From Bryobacterales bacterium (GTDB taxonomy: Bacteria; Acidobacteriota; Terriglobia; Bryobacterales; UBA6623): a DNA stretch of 64,000 nt. Of the stretch, positions 55,601 to 64,000 are shown in pieces. The notes beneath the pieces were generated by a model, which did no database searches, was not told the origin of the DNA, and worked only from the letters and a program-made list of their open reading frames with translations. The stretch is from contig JAJEHF010000085.1 in NCBI GenBank assembly GCA_022823865.1, positions 631 through 64,630 on the forward strand, written 5' to 3'. A program made the translations under genes and the position numbers. Position 1 is the first letter of the stretch. Each line of letters begins with the position of its first letter.

Positions 55601-56181
55601 CCGTTCGAGACGAAGTTCGTGCCCGTCTGACCGGCCGAGATCTGGCTGCCGGATTGCCCGCCACTGCCGCCAACTTGGGTGACGCCCGGAGCGAGAAACG
55701 CGAGATTCGTGACGTTCCGATCGTAGAGGGGCACTTCGGTGACGTACCGGTTCGTGACTTCCTGGCCCAATGCGCTGCTCACCGAATTCAGCAAGGGCGC
55801 TTGTCCGGTCACTTCGACCGTAGTCGCCACGTCGCCGATTTCCAGCACGATGTCGAGGTCTGTCTGCTGGTCCACCCGCAGCACGAAGTTGGCTTGGCTT
55901 ACGGTGACGAAGCCCGGCGCCCCGACACGGATGGTATACGCTGCGGGTCGCAGGCTGTTGAACAGGTAACGCCCGAACTCGTCGGTCCTAGTTGCGTCAG
56001 AAACGCCCGTGGCGTCGCTGACGATCTCCACCTCGGCATCTGGGATCACGGCTCCGGATGGATCGGACACCGTGCCCCTCAGCTGCGCCGCGCCGCCGGC
56101 GGCCGGCAGAAGGGCCAGCGCCAGCAGGGAGCCGAGAACGATAGGGCGCGTTGCAGTGCAGGGCCCTTTCGAAACGGACAT
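52681..56181 (-). CDS. TonB-dependent receptor with N-terminal CarboxypepD_reg domain
   Basis: 1166 aa. Signal peptide, then LRGTVSDPSGAVIPDAEVEIV...GRYLFNSLRPAAYTIRVGAPGF. C-terminal beta-barrel ends ...QFQFGLRLLF. Confidence 0.88.
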   Translation of the reverse strand: MSVSKGPCTATRPIVLGSLLALALLPAAGGAAQLRGTVSDPSGAVIPDAEVEIVSDATGVSDATRTDEFGRYLFNSLRPAAYTIRVGAPGFVTVSQANFVLRVDQQTDLDIVLEIGDVATTVEVTGQAPLLNSVSSALGQEVTNRYVTEVPLYDRNVTNLAFLAPGVTQVGGSGGQSGSQISAGQTGTNFVSNGQRNSTAEIRLDGGLTTSPETGEGSTTQAYYQPSVEAVQEFKVQNNGFSAQWGSNGGTVINIVSKSGSNEFHGSAYWFARRPTLDANNFFANRAGNPKADFKRDQYGGAVGGPIVRDRTFFFFDIDNVRNDFPRTSTATVPTALQRAGDFSQTFNQDGSLVLIHQPYEIFFRRGARRHPFPDNVIPVSQQEPVARNLMAFYPEANTAGDPVTGRDNFTGTATGSSPFRQFDIKLDHVIRANSRLAFRYSQRTLQSSAPLIYGNPADNASKTDGTVRNSVLEHTWTVNPSTVWVNRVGIDRAFIDTRSLSFDPTSIGFPDVLVNVNNTNIFPRVTANGYAPLGTNGWTDTVNAHTQWMLASSLSKVSGNHNLKIGGEVRLPLVNFWQPGFPAGWFQHVPNPTRNRVFGGSPRTGDSIASLLAGAGHPFSWGGLSIAPSMATRSQETAFYAQDDWRVTQRLTFNLGLRYEWSTPLTERHNRVQFAEADVDSGVSVEGLGPLRGVNVFASPGRRRPNIDANNIAPRFGLAYKAGGTTVVRGGFGVYYGVSPATNTQYSGPAFRSSAVWQPTRDFGFSPYATLSNPYPDGVPLPQGDRYGSANQWGYESSGALFSEFRNAEIYQWSIGVQQELPGQMVLEFGYSGSRSTHLMFNGTDNQNFVSRETREQYGSEGLFEEVPNPFLPLFQGPQAIFREASSAYNGEEIPRINLLRPFPQFDGPFAGSHQPRASARYDALQVRTEKRYSNGINFVGSYSYSRLTDDSSAGNNSWLGNRVPIQDPTNLSLEHGLGGSDTPHRLVFGWSYELPVGRGRSVGRSWSPGLDAVFGGWQINGFLTFQSGLPLGLTYDAPELADGSQRPNLSGPILGAEIDAVVDGRGIRFDESAFSAPPPQTPGNAERWTGEVRGDTVNNLDLSIFKVLTFTEDVRLQIRAEFFNFTNTPQFGPPNTSFGSPDFGTINSQINSARQFQFGLRLLF

Positions 56182-56319
56182 GATGATTCACCTCCAAATG
56201 ATAGATGATCGATCTTCGACAGAATGGTATCATCCGACTAGGATGAAGTCAAGGATTCGCCCGACGGTCCGGGAACATCGCCTCGGATCGTGCGTGCGGG
56301 ACCTGCAACCGGGGAGAGC

Positions 56320-57795
56320 ATGCATCTGGCGGGCTGGAGTGCCGCAGCGCTCCTGACAGCGGCGCCCTGCGTCAGCCTGCTGGCCCAGGGAGCGCCGGGA
56401 CCGGCCGCCCTCGAGTCGTTTACCGAGCTGCGCCAGCAGAAACTGGACGCTCGGCGACTGCTTGACGCAGATCCGCGGGACGCCGCTGCGTGGTCGGCGC
56501 TCGGACGGGCCAGTCTTGCCTTGAACGAACTTGACGAAGCAGTCGAGGCGTTCGAGCGCGCGGTTGCGATCGGAGTGCGCGATCCGACCCCGTACCTGAA
56601 CCTCGGATTGCTCTATGCATCGCGCGGCCAGCTCGAGCCGGCCCTCCAAGCATTCGAGCTGGGCTTGGAGCGAGATCCGCGAAACCAGTCCGCGCGGTTC
56701 AACCAAGCCCGGGTATTGCTCGGTCTCGGCCGCGCTCGCGAAGCCGTCCAGGAACTCGAGCGCCTCACCGCGGCCGCACCTGAGGACTGGGAAGCGGCGC
56801 TAGCCTTGGCTGATGCCCGCCTAGTCGCAGGCCAACGGGAAAGCGCCCTCGGTGACGCCCTGGCGCTGGCCGACACAGCTCGCGATGCCGCCGCGTTGGC
56901 CTCGCTGGCGAAGATCCTCATCCGGGAAGGGGTGCTTGGGCCGGCTTCCGGCATTCTCGACCGGGCGTTGGCACTGTCCGGTGACGACTTGGCGGTTTGG
57001 ATCGAACTCTCGCGCCTGAGGCAGAAAGAGGGCGACGCGGAACGAGCGGTGCAAGCTGCGGAACATGCTTTGCAGCTGGGTCCGCAGGAGCCAGAGGCCA
57101 TACTCGCCTACGCAGAGGCTCTGATCAGCGCCAGACGCCAACAGCGGGCGCTACGGTTCCTAAGCGGTTTCAGCCAGCCGATGGACCACCGGCCTGGCTT
57201 CCACCACACGCTGGGCGTGGCCTACTTCGGTTTGCACCGTTTCATCGACGCTGCCGCTGCATTCGGCCGCGCCACCGAACTGGATCCGGCATGGGACACG
57301 CCACATTTCCTGCTCGGCACGAGCCGGCTGGCATCCGGTGACTCGCTCGGCGCGGCTGAGGCCTATCGCCAAGCCATCGCCGCGAATCCGCACAACCCGC
57401 TCCAATTCGTGTACCTCGTGCGGGCCTACGACAACTTGGGGCCAGATTTCGACGCATTGGCCGTTGATGCTGCCCGTCGGGCGCTAGAGCTTGACCCTGA
57501 GAACGTGGAGTGCCGCATCAGGCTGGCTAGGCACATGCTTGAGCAAGGCAAGCTGAACGAGGCTCGCGCTTCGCTTGAGGGGATCGTCAGTTCCCATCCC
57601 GACGTCCTCAAGTCCCGGATCCTGCTGGCGCGCACCTACAACCGTCTCGGAATGTCGGATGAGGCGGCGGACCAAAGCGACGCAGTGAACGCCCTGAATG
57701 CCAGGCAGGCCGCCACGGACGCCTTGTGGGGCGAGAATGGAGGTGCCGACCGGATTCCCTCGCCTGGTCTCGGGCTGGGCGCGTGGGAGGAGTGA
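56320..57795 (+). CDS. TPR-repeat protein, secreted
   Basis: Start at ATG 56320 gives the signal peptide MHLAGWSAAALLTAAPCVSLLAQG. Multiple 34-aa TPR units follow. Confidence 0.8.
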   Translation: MHLAGWSAAALLTAAPCVSLLAQGAPGPAALESFTELRQQKLDARRLLDADPRDAAAWSALGRASLALNELDEAVEAFERAVAIGVRDPTPYLNLGLLYASRGQLEPALQAFELGLERDPRNQSARFNQARVLLGLGRAREAVQELERLTAAAPEDWEAALALADARLVAGQRESALGDALALADTARDAAALASLAKILIREGVLGPASGILDRALALSGDDLAVWIELSRLRQKEGDAERAVQAAEHALQLGPQEPEAILAYAEALISARRQQRALRFLSGFSQPMDHRPGFHHTLGVAYFGLHRFIDAAAAFGRATELDPAWDTPHFLLGTSRLASGDSLGAAEAYRQAIAANPHNPLQFVYLVRAYDNLGPDFDALAVDAARRALELDPENVECRIRLARHMLEQGKLNEARASLEGIVSSHPDVLKSRILLARTYNRLGMSDEAADQSDAVNALNARQAATDALWGENGGADRIPSPGLGLGAWEE

Positions 57796-59360
57796 TGAGC
57801 GCTCTCAGAATCATGGTCCTCTCCGCCGCGCTGGCCGAGGCTCCCATGGCAGTCGGCCAAGCCCGGAGCCGTCCGGAGGAAGCCAGCGCGCTGGCAACCC
57901 GGGCGATGTCGCTCGCCCGAGCAGGGCGGGCAGCGGAGTCCGAGACCTTGATCAATCAGGCGTTGCGGTTGCAACCCGGCGACTCTGCGCTGCTAGCAAT
58001 GTTGGGAAATGTCTTGGGGATGCAGGGGAAGAGCGAGGAAGCGAACGATGCATTCTCGAGGGCGGTGCGACTCAATCCGAGTGACCGAGCAAGTCGGCGC
58101 AGCTTGGCGGCCGGGCAGTGGCAGTCCGGCCGGCTGTCCCAAGCGCGGGAGAACGTCGAGATTGTTCTTGCCGCGAGCCCGAACGACCCGACCAGCCTGC
58201 TGCTGGCTGGCATGATCGCCGAGAAGATGGGGGACTACGCCGCAGCTGTGTCGAGGCTAGAGCAAGCAGGGCATCTGGTCTACGAGCGTGCGGAATCCGT
58301 TCTGGCGCTCACCCGCGCTCTGTACTCGCTGGAACGTGTCGATGACGCCCGCCGAGCCCTTGGTGAGCTTGGCTCGCTGCGGGCGTCGGCAGCGCACCTC
58401 GAAACGGCTGGAACGATTGCCTTTGAGTCCCATGACTACGAATCTGCCAGCAAATTCTTCGACGCCGCCAGAGCCGGTGACCGGCAATGGGGCCGATTGA
58501 CGTTTAACTTGGCGCTGAGCCTATACCGGATGGGCCGGTTCGCGCCGGCCCGCCAGGCAATCGAGGAACTGCTGGGTCGCGAACCGGACAGCGGCGAGGC
58601 ATGGAACCTGCTTGGATGGTGCCTCGAGAAGAGCGGCGATAGCGATCGGGCAGCGGCGGCGCTAGAGCGAGCTGTCGCAGTCGAGCCGGAGAGCGAGAAG
58701 CATCACCTGGATCTGGGACTGGTTCTCGCGAGACGGCGCGGGACTTGGCACTTGGCCATGGAGACAGCGGAGCGGGCCGTTGAGCGATTTCCGGACTCGT
58801 TTCGCTCGCACCAGCTCAAGGGTTTAGTCCATGTCCGGCAACAGCACTTCCTCGACGCGGTCAAAGCTTATGAGCGCGCCCTGGCCCTGGGACCGGACTC
58901 GGCCGAGGTCAGGCTGGCCGTGACAGTGGCGTTGTGGGCATCCGGGCTGCACGCGAGAGCGATCGAAATGGCCCGTGAGAGCAGCGTCAGGTTCCCGGGC
59001 GACGCCGCACTGCGCCACCAACTCGCGCGAATGTACCTCGACCGGGCGGAGAGGGGGGATCTGTCAGGCGAAGAGGGTGGCCTCGCCCTGCTGCGCGAGT
59101 CGCTTGCCCTAGACCCAGACTTTGCGGACGCGCATTATGATCTTGGCAGCCTGCACCTCCGGCGAGGCGAATTTCGGCAGGCCCTCGACAGCCTTCGGCG
59201 AGCGGCGGAACTGGACCCCGCAAGCAGGCGGACTCACTACGCCCTGGCGCGATGCTGGCGGCGCTTGGGCCGGCCGGATCAAGCGGCGCAGGCGATGCAG
59301 GCCTTTCGGCAACTCACCGAGCCAGAGGAAGCTGCGGAACGCATTGGGGCGACGCGATGA
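57795..59360 (+). CDS. TPR-repeat protein, secreted
   Basis: The ATG at 57795 overlaps the previous TGA (GTGATGAG). MSALRIMVLSAALAEAPMAVGQA is followed by TPR units. Confidence 0.8.
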   Translation: MSALRIMVLSAALAEAPMAVGQARSRPEEASALATRAMSLARAGRAAESETLINQALRLQPGDSALLAMLGNVLGMQGKSEEANDAFSRAVRLNPSDRASRRSLAAGQWQSGRLSQARENVEIVLAASPNDPTSLLLAGMIAEKMGDYAAAVSRLEQAGHLVYERAESVLALTRALYSLERVDDARRALGELGSLRASAAHLETAGTIAFESHDYESASKFFDAARAGDRQWGRLTFNLALSLYRMGRFAPARQAIEELLGREPDSGEAWNLLGWCLEKSGDSDRAAAALERAVAVEPESEKHHLDLGLVLARRRGTWHLAMETAERAVERFPDSFRSHQLKGLVHVRQQHFLDAVKAYERALALGPDSAEVRLAVTVALWASGLHARAIEMARESSVRFPGDAALRHQLARMYLDRAERGDLSGEEGGLALLRESLALDPDFADAHYDLGSLHLRRGEFRQALDSLRRAAELDPASRRTHYALARCWRRLGRPDQAAQAMQAFRQLTEPEEAAERIGATR

Positions 59361-61075
59361 ATCATCGCGGGGTGCCGTGGAGACCTATGACACCCGGCCT
59401 AGGAATCCGAGCACCGGAACTCTTCTGCCTGTTGGGAATGTCCGTGGTGCCCGCACTTGGCCAGCCCGGAGGGGCATTCGAGGACGTGACCCAGCAGGCT
59501 GGAATCGATTGGTCGCACTTCAACGGCGAGTCACCGGATCGCCATCTGATCGAGGTGACGACCGGCGGACTCGGCTTTCTCGACTATGACAACGACGGGC
59601 TGCTTGATCTGTTCTTGGTCAACGGCGGAGAAACGCCTCGCGGCAAGAGCGCTCGGCCGGTCCAACACGCCCTGTACCGCAACACGGGGAACGGCCGCTT
59701 CCGAGAGGTCGCCCAAGAGGCCGGCGTCGCGCGAACGCGATTCTACGGCATGGGGATTGCGGCGGCGGACTACGACAATGACGGCGACCAGGACATCTAC
59801 CTAACCGGCTATCCAGAATCTGCCCTGTTCCGGAACGACGGCGGTGTGTTCGCCCAGGTGACGGATCTGGCGGGTGTGCGGAACGAGGGGCGTTGGGGAG
59901 CTGGCGCGGCTTGGTTTGACTACGACCGTGACGGGCTGCTCGACCTGTTCGTCTGCAACTACGCCGAACTGTCCTTCGCGCGCCCGAAACGTTGCGCTTA
60001 TGCAGGCGAGCCGACCTATTGCGAGCAGAAGATCTACCCGGGCCAAGTCTCGGCACTCTTCCGGAATCGCGGAGAGGGGTCGTTTGAGGACGCGACTGCC
60101 AAAGCTGGTATCGACGGACTGGCAGGCCGTGCCTTGGGGGTCGTGGCGGTCGATGTCAACAACGACGGCTGGACGGACCTGTATGTCGCCCGCGACGGCT
60201 CGCCCGACCAGTTGCTTCTCAACAAGCGCAACGGAACCTTCGCCGACGTTGGCCTTGAGGCCGAAATCTCCTACGATCCAGACGGGGAGGCACTGGCTGG
60301 CATGGGGGTCGACGCAGGCGATGTCGACGGGGATGGCTGGCCCGATCTAGCGGTCACCAATTTCCATGACGAATACCACACCCTGTGGCGTCATTCGGGA
60401 GGGTTCCCGTTCGAAAACCTGACGCATTCGTCGGGCCTAGCCCGACACACGCGGACCTATGTTGGCTGGGGCGTGCGCATGCTCGACTTTGACAACGACA
60501 GGGATCTCGACTTGATGATCGTCAATGGTCATGTCAACCGGATGATCGAGCTCACGCGCAGTGATGTGACCTACAGGGAACCACCGCTGCTGCTCGCCAA
60601 CGACGGCCGCGGCGCATTCAAGAACATCAGCTCCGAGGCGGGGCCAGTGTTTCAAGAGGGTCACTTGGCACGCGGGCTTGCGGCGGGTGACTTCGACAAC
60701 GATGGGGACGAGGACGTGGCGTTCATCCGGCTGGGCGAACGTCCGGTCCTGCTCCGCAACAGGGTTGGCCAAGACGCCGGTTGGATCGGTCTCCGTCTGA
60801 GCGGAACGATCAGCAACCGGGATGCGATCGGGGCCCGCATAGTGTTGCGCACGAGTCGAGGGCGGCAGCTGCGCTGGGTTCTGGGCGGAGGCGGGTTCCT
60901 AGCCTCACATGATCGCAGGATCATTTTTGGATTGGGGCCGGGCGAGCCCCCCGGCTCGGTTACGATCGAGATCCGCTGGCCGAGCGGGTCCCTCGAGAGA
61001 TTCGAGGGTCTGGCCCCAAACCGCTATCATCGGCTTGCCGAGTCGGCACCGGCGCGCGCGCGGGCGGAGCCGTGA
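59357..61075 (+). CDS. CRTAC1-family FG-GAP/VCBS repeat protein with ASPIC/UnbV C-terminal domain
   Basis: The ATG at 59357 overlaps the previous TGA (ATGA). Repeated DYDNDGxxD(L/I) calcium-binding FG-GAP motifs. C-terminal NRDAIGARIVL...GGGFLASHD is ASPIC/UnbV. Confidence 0.85.
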   Translation: MNHRGVPWRPMTPGLGIRAPELFCLLGMSVVPALGQPGGAFEDVTQQAGIDWSHFNGESPDRHLIEVTTGGLGFLDYDNDGLLDLFLVNGGETPRGKSARPVQHALYRNTGNGRFREVAQEAGVARTRFYGMGIAAADYDNDGDQDIYLTGYPESALFRNDGGVFAQVTDLAGVRNEGRWGAGAAWFDYDRDGLLDLFVCNYAELSFARPKRCAYAGEPTYCEQKIYPGQVSALFRNRGEGSFEDATAKAGIDGLAGRALGVVAVDVNNDGWTDLYVARDGSPDQLLLNKRNGTFADVGLEAEISYDPDGEALAGMGVDAGDVDGDGWPDLAVTNFHDEYHTLWRHSGGFPFENLTHSSGLARHTRTYVGWGVRMLDFDNDRDLDLMIVNGHVNRMIELTRSDVTYREPPLLLANDGRGAFKNISSEAGPVFQEGHLARGLAAGDFDNDGDEDVAFIRLGERPVLLRNRVGQDAGWIGLRLSGTISNRDAIGARIVLRTSRGRQLRWVLGGGGFLASHDRRIIFGLGPGEPPGSVTIEIRWPSGSLERFEGLAPNRYHRLAESAPARARAEP

Positions 61076-61216
61076 TCGCGGCGTTGGCTGGTTGTGACGT
61101 TTCCGGCCTTTGCCCGGGCAGGCACGCGGCGCTCTGCGACGCGCGCAAGCGGGGTCGAGTTCTACGCAACTGGCGCGGGCGAGCCTGCGGCCGGAAGCGG
61201 CCGCCCCGCACTAGGA

Positions 61217-61954
61217 TCAAGCCCCCCGGCCAACGCGGCTGGTTGATCTGGGCAGTGCTGTCGGCACTGCGGATTCCCGTGACTCACGCCCAAAAACTCC
61301 GATGCGGAGATTGACCAGCCAGTCATTCACCGCGATGTCGAATTCCCGCTGCGATCGCTCGGCATCGTTGGCCTTGATCGCTTCAAGCAGTGTGGAGTGG
61401 GACTGGGCGTCATGGGTCAGGTCCATGGCGCTCCGGTCAGCGACCAGGCGAATCATTACAAACGCGAACAATGGACTGTTGACGCGCCGCAACGCAGCCT
61501 CCAGATACTCGTTACCGGTGATTGACCAGATCTTGGAGTGGAGGGCCAGGTCCGTGGTGATGAAATCGGCCTCGCGCTTTCCGCGGGCTGCGTCGAGGAG
61601 CCTGAAATAGGCCTTGTCCAGTTCGGCGGCGTGTTCGGACGAGCAGTTGCGGGCAGCCAGGGCTACGGCGTGCCGTTCCAGGACCCGGCGGACATCGAAG
61701 AGCTTCTCGGTGTCTTCTAGTGTCAGCTTCGTCACGTGAGTCGCGGCATTGGGAGTCTTCGTCACGAAACCATCCGCCTCCAGTACGATCAGGGCCTCGC
61801 GGACGGCGGTAAGGCTGGTGGCGAACTGACTGGCGAGCCGGCGTTCGACCAGCTTGCTGCCCGCTCTCAGAGTACCGTCCAAGATGGCCATTCGGACGCG
61901 CTCAGAGATTCGGCCTCGCAAAGTGGGATTGTCGATTCGTTCAAACGAGTGCAT
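61217..61954 (-). CDS. GntR-family transcriptional regulator (FadR/FCD subfamily)
   Basis: LRGRISERVRMAILDGTLRAGSKLVERRLASQFATSLTAVREAL is the wHTH. It is followed by an FCD-like helical domain. Confidence 0.9.
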   Translation of the reverse strand: MHSFERIDNPTLRGRISERVRMAILDGTLRAGSKLVERRLASQFATSLTAVREALIVLEADGFVTKTPNAATHVTKLTLEDTEKLFDVRRVLERHAVALAARNCSSEHAAELDKAYFRLLDAARGKREADFITTDLALHSKIWSITGNEYLEAALRRVNSPLFAFVMIRLVADRSAMDLTHDAQSHSTLLEAIKANDAERSQREFDIAVNDWLVNLRIGVFGRESRESAVPTALPRSTSRVGRGA

Positions 61955-62056
61955 GTGGTTGCCGCGAGCAGATTCGATGCTGGATGATCGAGTATCAGTG
62001 CTATTGTGGCGTCATCATCCGGCCTCGCGCAACCTTGCACGGCGGACAGCAAACCG

Positions 62057-62836
62057 CTAGGGCAAGGCGAGGCGGGAGAGGATCCCGCCATCGACTATGA
62101 GTGCCGCGCCAGTGATGTAGTCGGCATTCGGCGAAGCCAAGAACAGGATGGCCTGCGCCACCTGCTCCGGCTCTCCGACCCTTCCAAGCGGAATGGCTCG
62201 CGCTAGATCCTGAAGCGCCTCTTGACGGTCGCCGACGCCCCCCATTGCCTCTTCAAGCATTCCGGTCCGGATCGCGCCCGGGCAGACGGCGTTGACGCGG
62301 ACCCCGTCGGGTGCGAAGTCGACGGCCATGCCGCGGGTCAGAGCCAGCAGCGCCGCCTTGGTTGCCGCGTACGCGGAGATGTGCAGCTCATTGGCGTAGG
62401 CCTGCACGGACGAGATGTTGACGATAGCCCCTCTCTGCTTCCGAAGATAGGGGTACGCGTACTTGGTGCACAGGAATGCTCCTCGCAGATTGGTGTCGAC
62501 CATGGCGCTGAACTCTTCGACGGTGTACTCGTGGGCGCGCCGGTAGCACTCGATGCCCGCGTTGTTGCAAAGCACGTCGACGCGGCCGAAGTGTTGCGCG
62601 ACGCGGTTGATGGCGTCGCGTACGTCGCGGCTCTTGCGCACATCTGCAGTGATTCCAACAGCCGTGCCCCCTTCCAGCTCAATCAGTTCCACTGTCCGGG
62701 CTCCGCATTCGGCCCGCAGATCGACGACGGCAGCGCGGTAGCCCTTGCGGGCGAAAAGCAGCGCGCTAGACCGGCCGATCCCGGAACCAGCGCCGGTGAT
62801 GACCGCAACCCGTTCGTCTGCGTCCTGGCCCGTCAT
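62057..62836 (-). CDS. Short-chain dehydrogenase/reductase (SDR)
   Basis: Start at an internal ATG (62836) that overlaps the upstream stop (ATGA). VAVITGAGSGIGR, NNAG, and YAATKAAL (the YxxxK motif). Confidence 0.9.
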   Translation of the reverse strand: MTGQDADERVAVITGAGSGIGRSSALLFARKGYRAAVVDLRAECGARTVELIELEGGTAVGITADVRKSRDVRDAINRVAQHFGRVDVLCNNAGIECYRRAHEYTVEEFSAMVDTNLRGAFLCTKYAYPYLRKQRGAIVNISSVQAYANELHISAYAATKAALLALTRGMAVDFAPDGVRVNAVCPGAIRTGMLEEAMGGVGDRQEALQDLARAIPLGRVGEPEQVAQAILFLASPNADYITGAALIVDGGILSRLALP

Positions 62837-64000
62837 CGCCAGGGTGTCAGGCCGTCGTCCATCTGGATGGATTCGGGACGCGCCGGAGCCACTGGGTGGC
62901 GGCTGCTCGGAGACCGTACCAGCCGCTCCGCGGCGGCCTTGAATTCCGCGAGTGCGCCGCGATTCAACTCCACGCCCAGCCCGGGCTTTCGGGGCAGCGG
63001 GATCGACCCGTTCTCCATGCGCAATTCCTCCTTTACCAGGCGCTTCCGCAGCGCGGATCCGCAAAGGCGCGCCGGCAGGAATTCGATGAACGGGCAGTGC
63101 GGGGTCAGCGCCGCCAGATGTGCGGCGGCCGCGATCGAAATCCCGGTCTTCCAGATGTGCGGGACCACCTGCACGCCGCGTTCGCGAGCCAGCTCGCAGA
63201 CCCGCAGCGCCTCCGTCAATCCTCCCACCCGCCCGATGTCGGGCTGCACCACCGCGACGCGGCCTCGGTCCATCAGGTCGACAAACTCGTGGCGCGTTGT
63301 GAGCCACTCGCCCGCAGCGACCGGGATGCCCTGCTTGCTCGACAGCCGGGCATAGCCGTCGAGGTCATCGGCAGGAAGCGGTGCCTCTATGAACGACAGG
63401 TTGTAGCGGTCCCAGCCGCGAATCGCGCGCAGGCAAGCGTCCAGGTCAGGAAAGGCGTACTGGACGTCTACCATCAAGACGAAGTCGTCCCCCACCGAGT
63501 TCCGAACAGCGGCCACCGCCTCTCCCATCCGCTCGCCGGAGGCGCGCAGGCCCTTGTGGGCGTATGGGCCGGAAGGAGTGATCTCCAGCTTCGCCGCAGA
63601 AAAACCGAGCTCTTTCGCTGTCACGGCCCACTCGACCATCGTCTGCAGGTAGAGGTCGAAACTGGACACGTCCGGCTGCAGCGAAGCGTATGGCGTGATC
63701 GTGTCGCGGCACGCCGTGCCGAGCACGCCGTGGCATGGCGTGTCCAGGGTCTTGCCGCGAAGATCGTGCAGCGCCATGTCCAACGCTCCGAGCGCGCAAA
63801 TTAGCGCCCCTCGCCGCCCGTTCATTGCCGAGCCCTCGTACAGGCGGTCCCAGATCTCCCTGATCTCCGAGGGATCCGAGCCCAGGAGCATCTCGGCTAG
63901 CCCCAGCCCCATGGTGTGGGTGCCGGGCGCCTCGATGCAGGCCCGCGCGATCCACGGATTGACATCCGTTTCCCCGATGCCCGTGATGCCCGCATCCGTA
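62833..64000 (-). CDS. Enolase-superfamily sugar-acid dehydratase (mandelate racemase/muconate lactonizing family); N-terminus beyond window
   Basis: The frame is open upstream of the track Met. My translation of 63999 downward gives TDAGITGIGETDVNPW..., the N-terminal domain. Barrel motifs follow (MVDVQYAF, SFIEAPLP, VVQPDIGRVGGLTEA). Confidence 0.85.
   Translation of the reverse strand, partial: TDAGITGIGETDVNPWIARACIEAPGTHTMGLGLAEMLLGSDPSEIREIWDRLYEGSAMNGRRGALICALGALDMALHDLRGKTLDTPCHGVLGTACRDTITPYASLQPDVSSFDLYLQTMVEWAVTAKELGFSAAKLEITPSGPYAHKGLRASGERMGEAVAAVRNSVGDDFVLMVDVQYAFPDLDACLRAIRGWDRYNLSFIEAPLPADDLDGYARLSSKQGIPVAAGEWLTTRHEFVDLMDRGRVAVVQPDIGRVGGLTEALRVCELARERGVQVVPHIWKTGISIAAAAHLAALTPHCPFIEFLPARLCGSALRKRLVKEELRMENGSIPLPRKPGLGVELNRGALAEFKAAAERLVRSPSSRHPVAPARPESIQMDDGLTPWR

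Overview
High-GC (about 63-67% in the lines I sampled) bacterial chromosomal segment. The gene content suggests Acidobacteriota, though this is inference only: a CarboxypepD_reg-type TonB-dependent receptor, a CRTAC1/ASPIC-UnbV FG-GAP protein, futalosine-pathway mqn genes, and Tat-signal sugar and sulfatase enzymes. I support about 55 protein-coding genes. I found no rRNA, no intact tRNA, no CRISPR array and no transposase or integrase. Many long ORFs in the track are antisense or out-of-frame shadows typical of GC-rich DNA and were discarded. Several real genes start at internal codons of the listed ORFs. One real gene, the sulfatase at 1-1746 on the minus strand, is missing from the track because it runs off the window. 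Housekeeping genes: metK, ahcY, rnhB, a tex-like gene, mqnA plus a radical-SAM mqn gene, thrC, ilvD, infA and sixA. Glycan and sulfate catabolism genes: two sulfatases, aryl-sulfotransferase, GH29, GH88/105, an MFS sugar porter, a TonB-dependent receptor, two enolase-superfamily dehydratases, an SDR and a GntR regulator. Small accessory modules: VapC/AbrB; DUF433/DUF5615; a vapBC pair chained to an AlbA_2(Schlafen-like)/HATPase_c_4 gene; hipBA with three 50-bp-phased direct repeats; an orphan VapB-type RHH antitoxin; and a lower-GC type II restriction-modification pair. The most interesting candidates are: (1) the vapB-vapC-orf79-AlbA_2 chain; (2) an HMG-CoA-synthase-like::DUF35 fusion, with an apparent Cys-to-Ser change at the catalytic position, followed by an SCP-x thiolase, a GNAT and an oxidoreductase; (3) a sulfatase whose stop overlaps the start of a TPR + 8-heme cytochrome c; (4) a standalone SLATT-like 2TM protein; (5) an unexplained 870-bp region next to infA. 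All functional calls rest on motif recognition by eye and from memory. No searches or computations were run.
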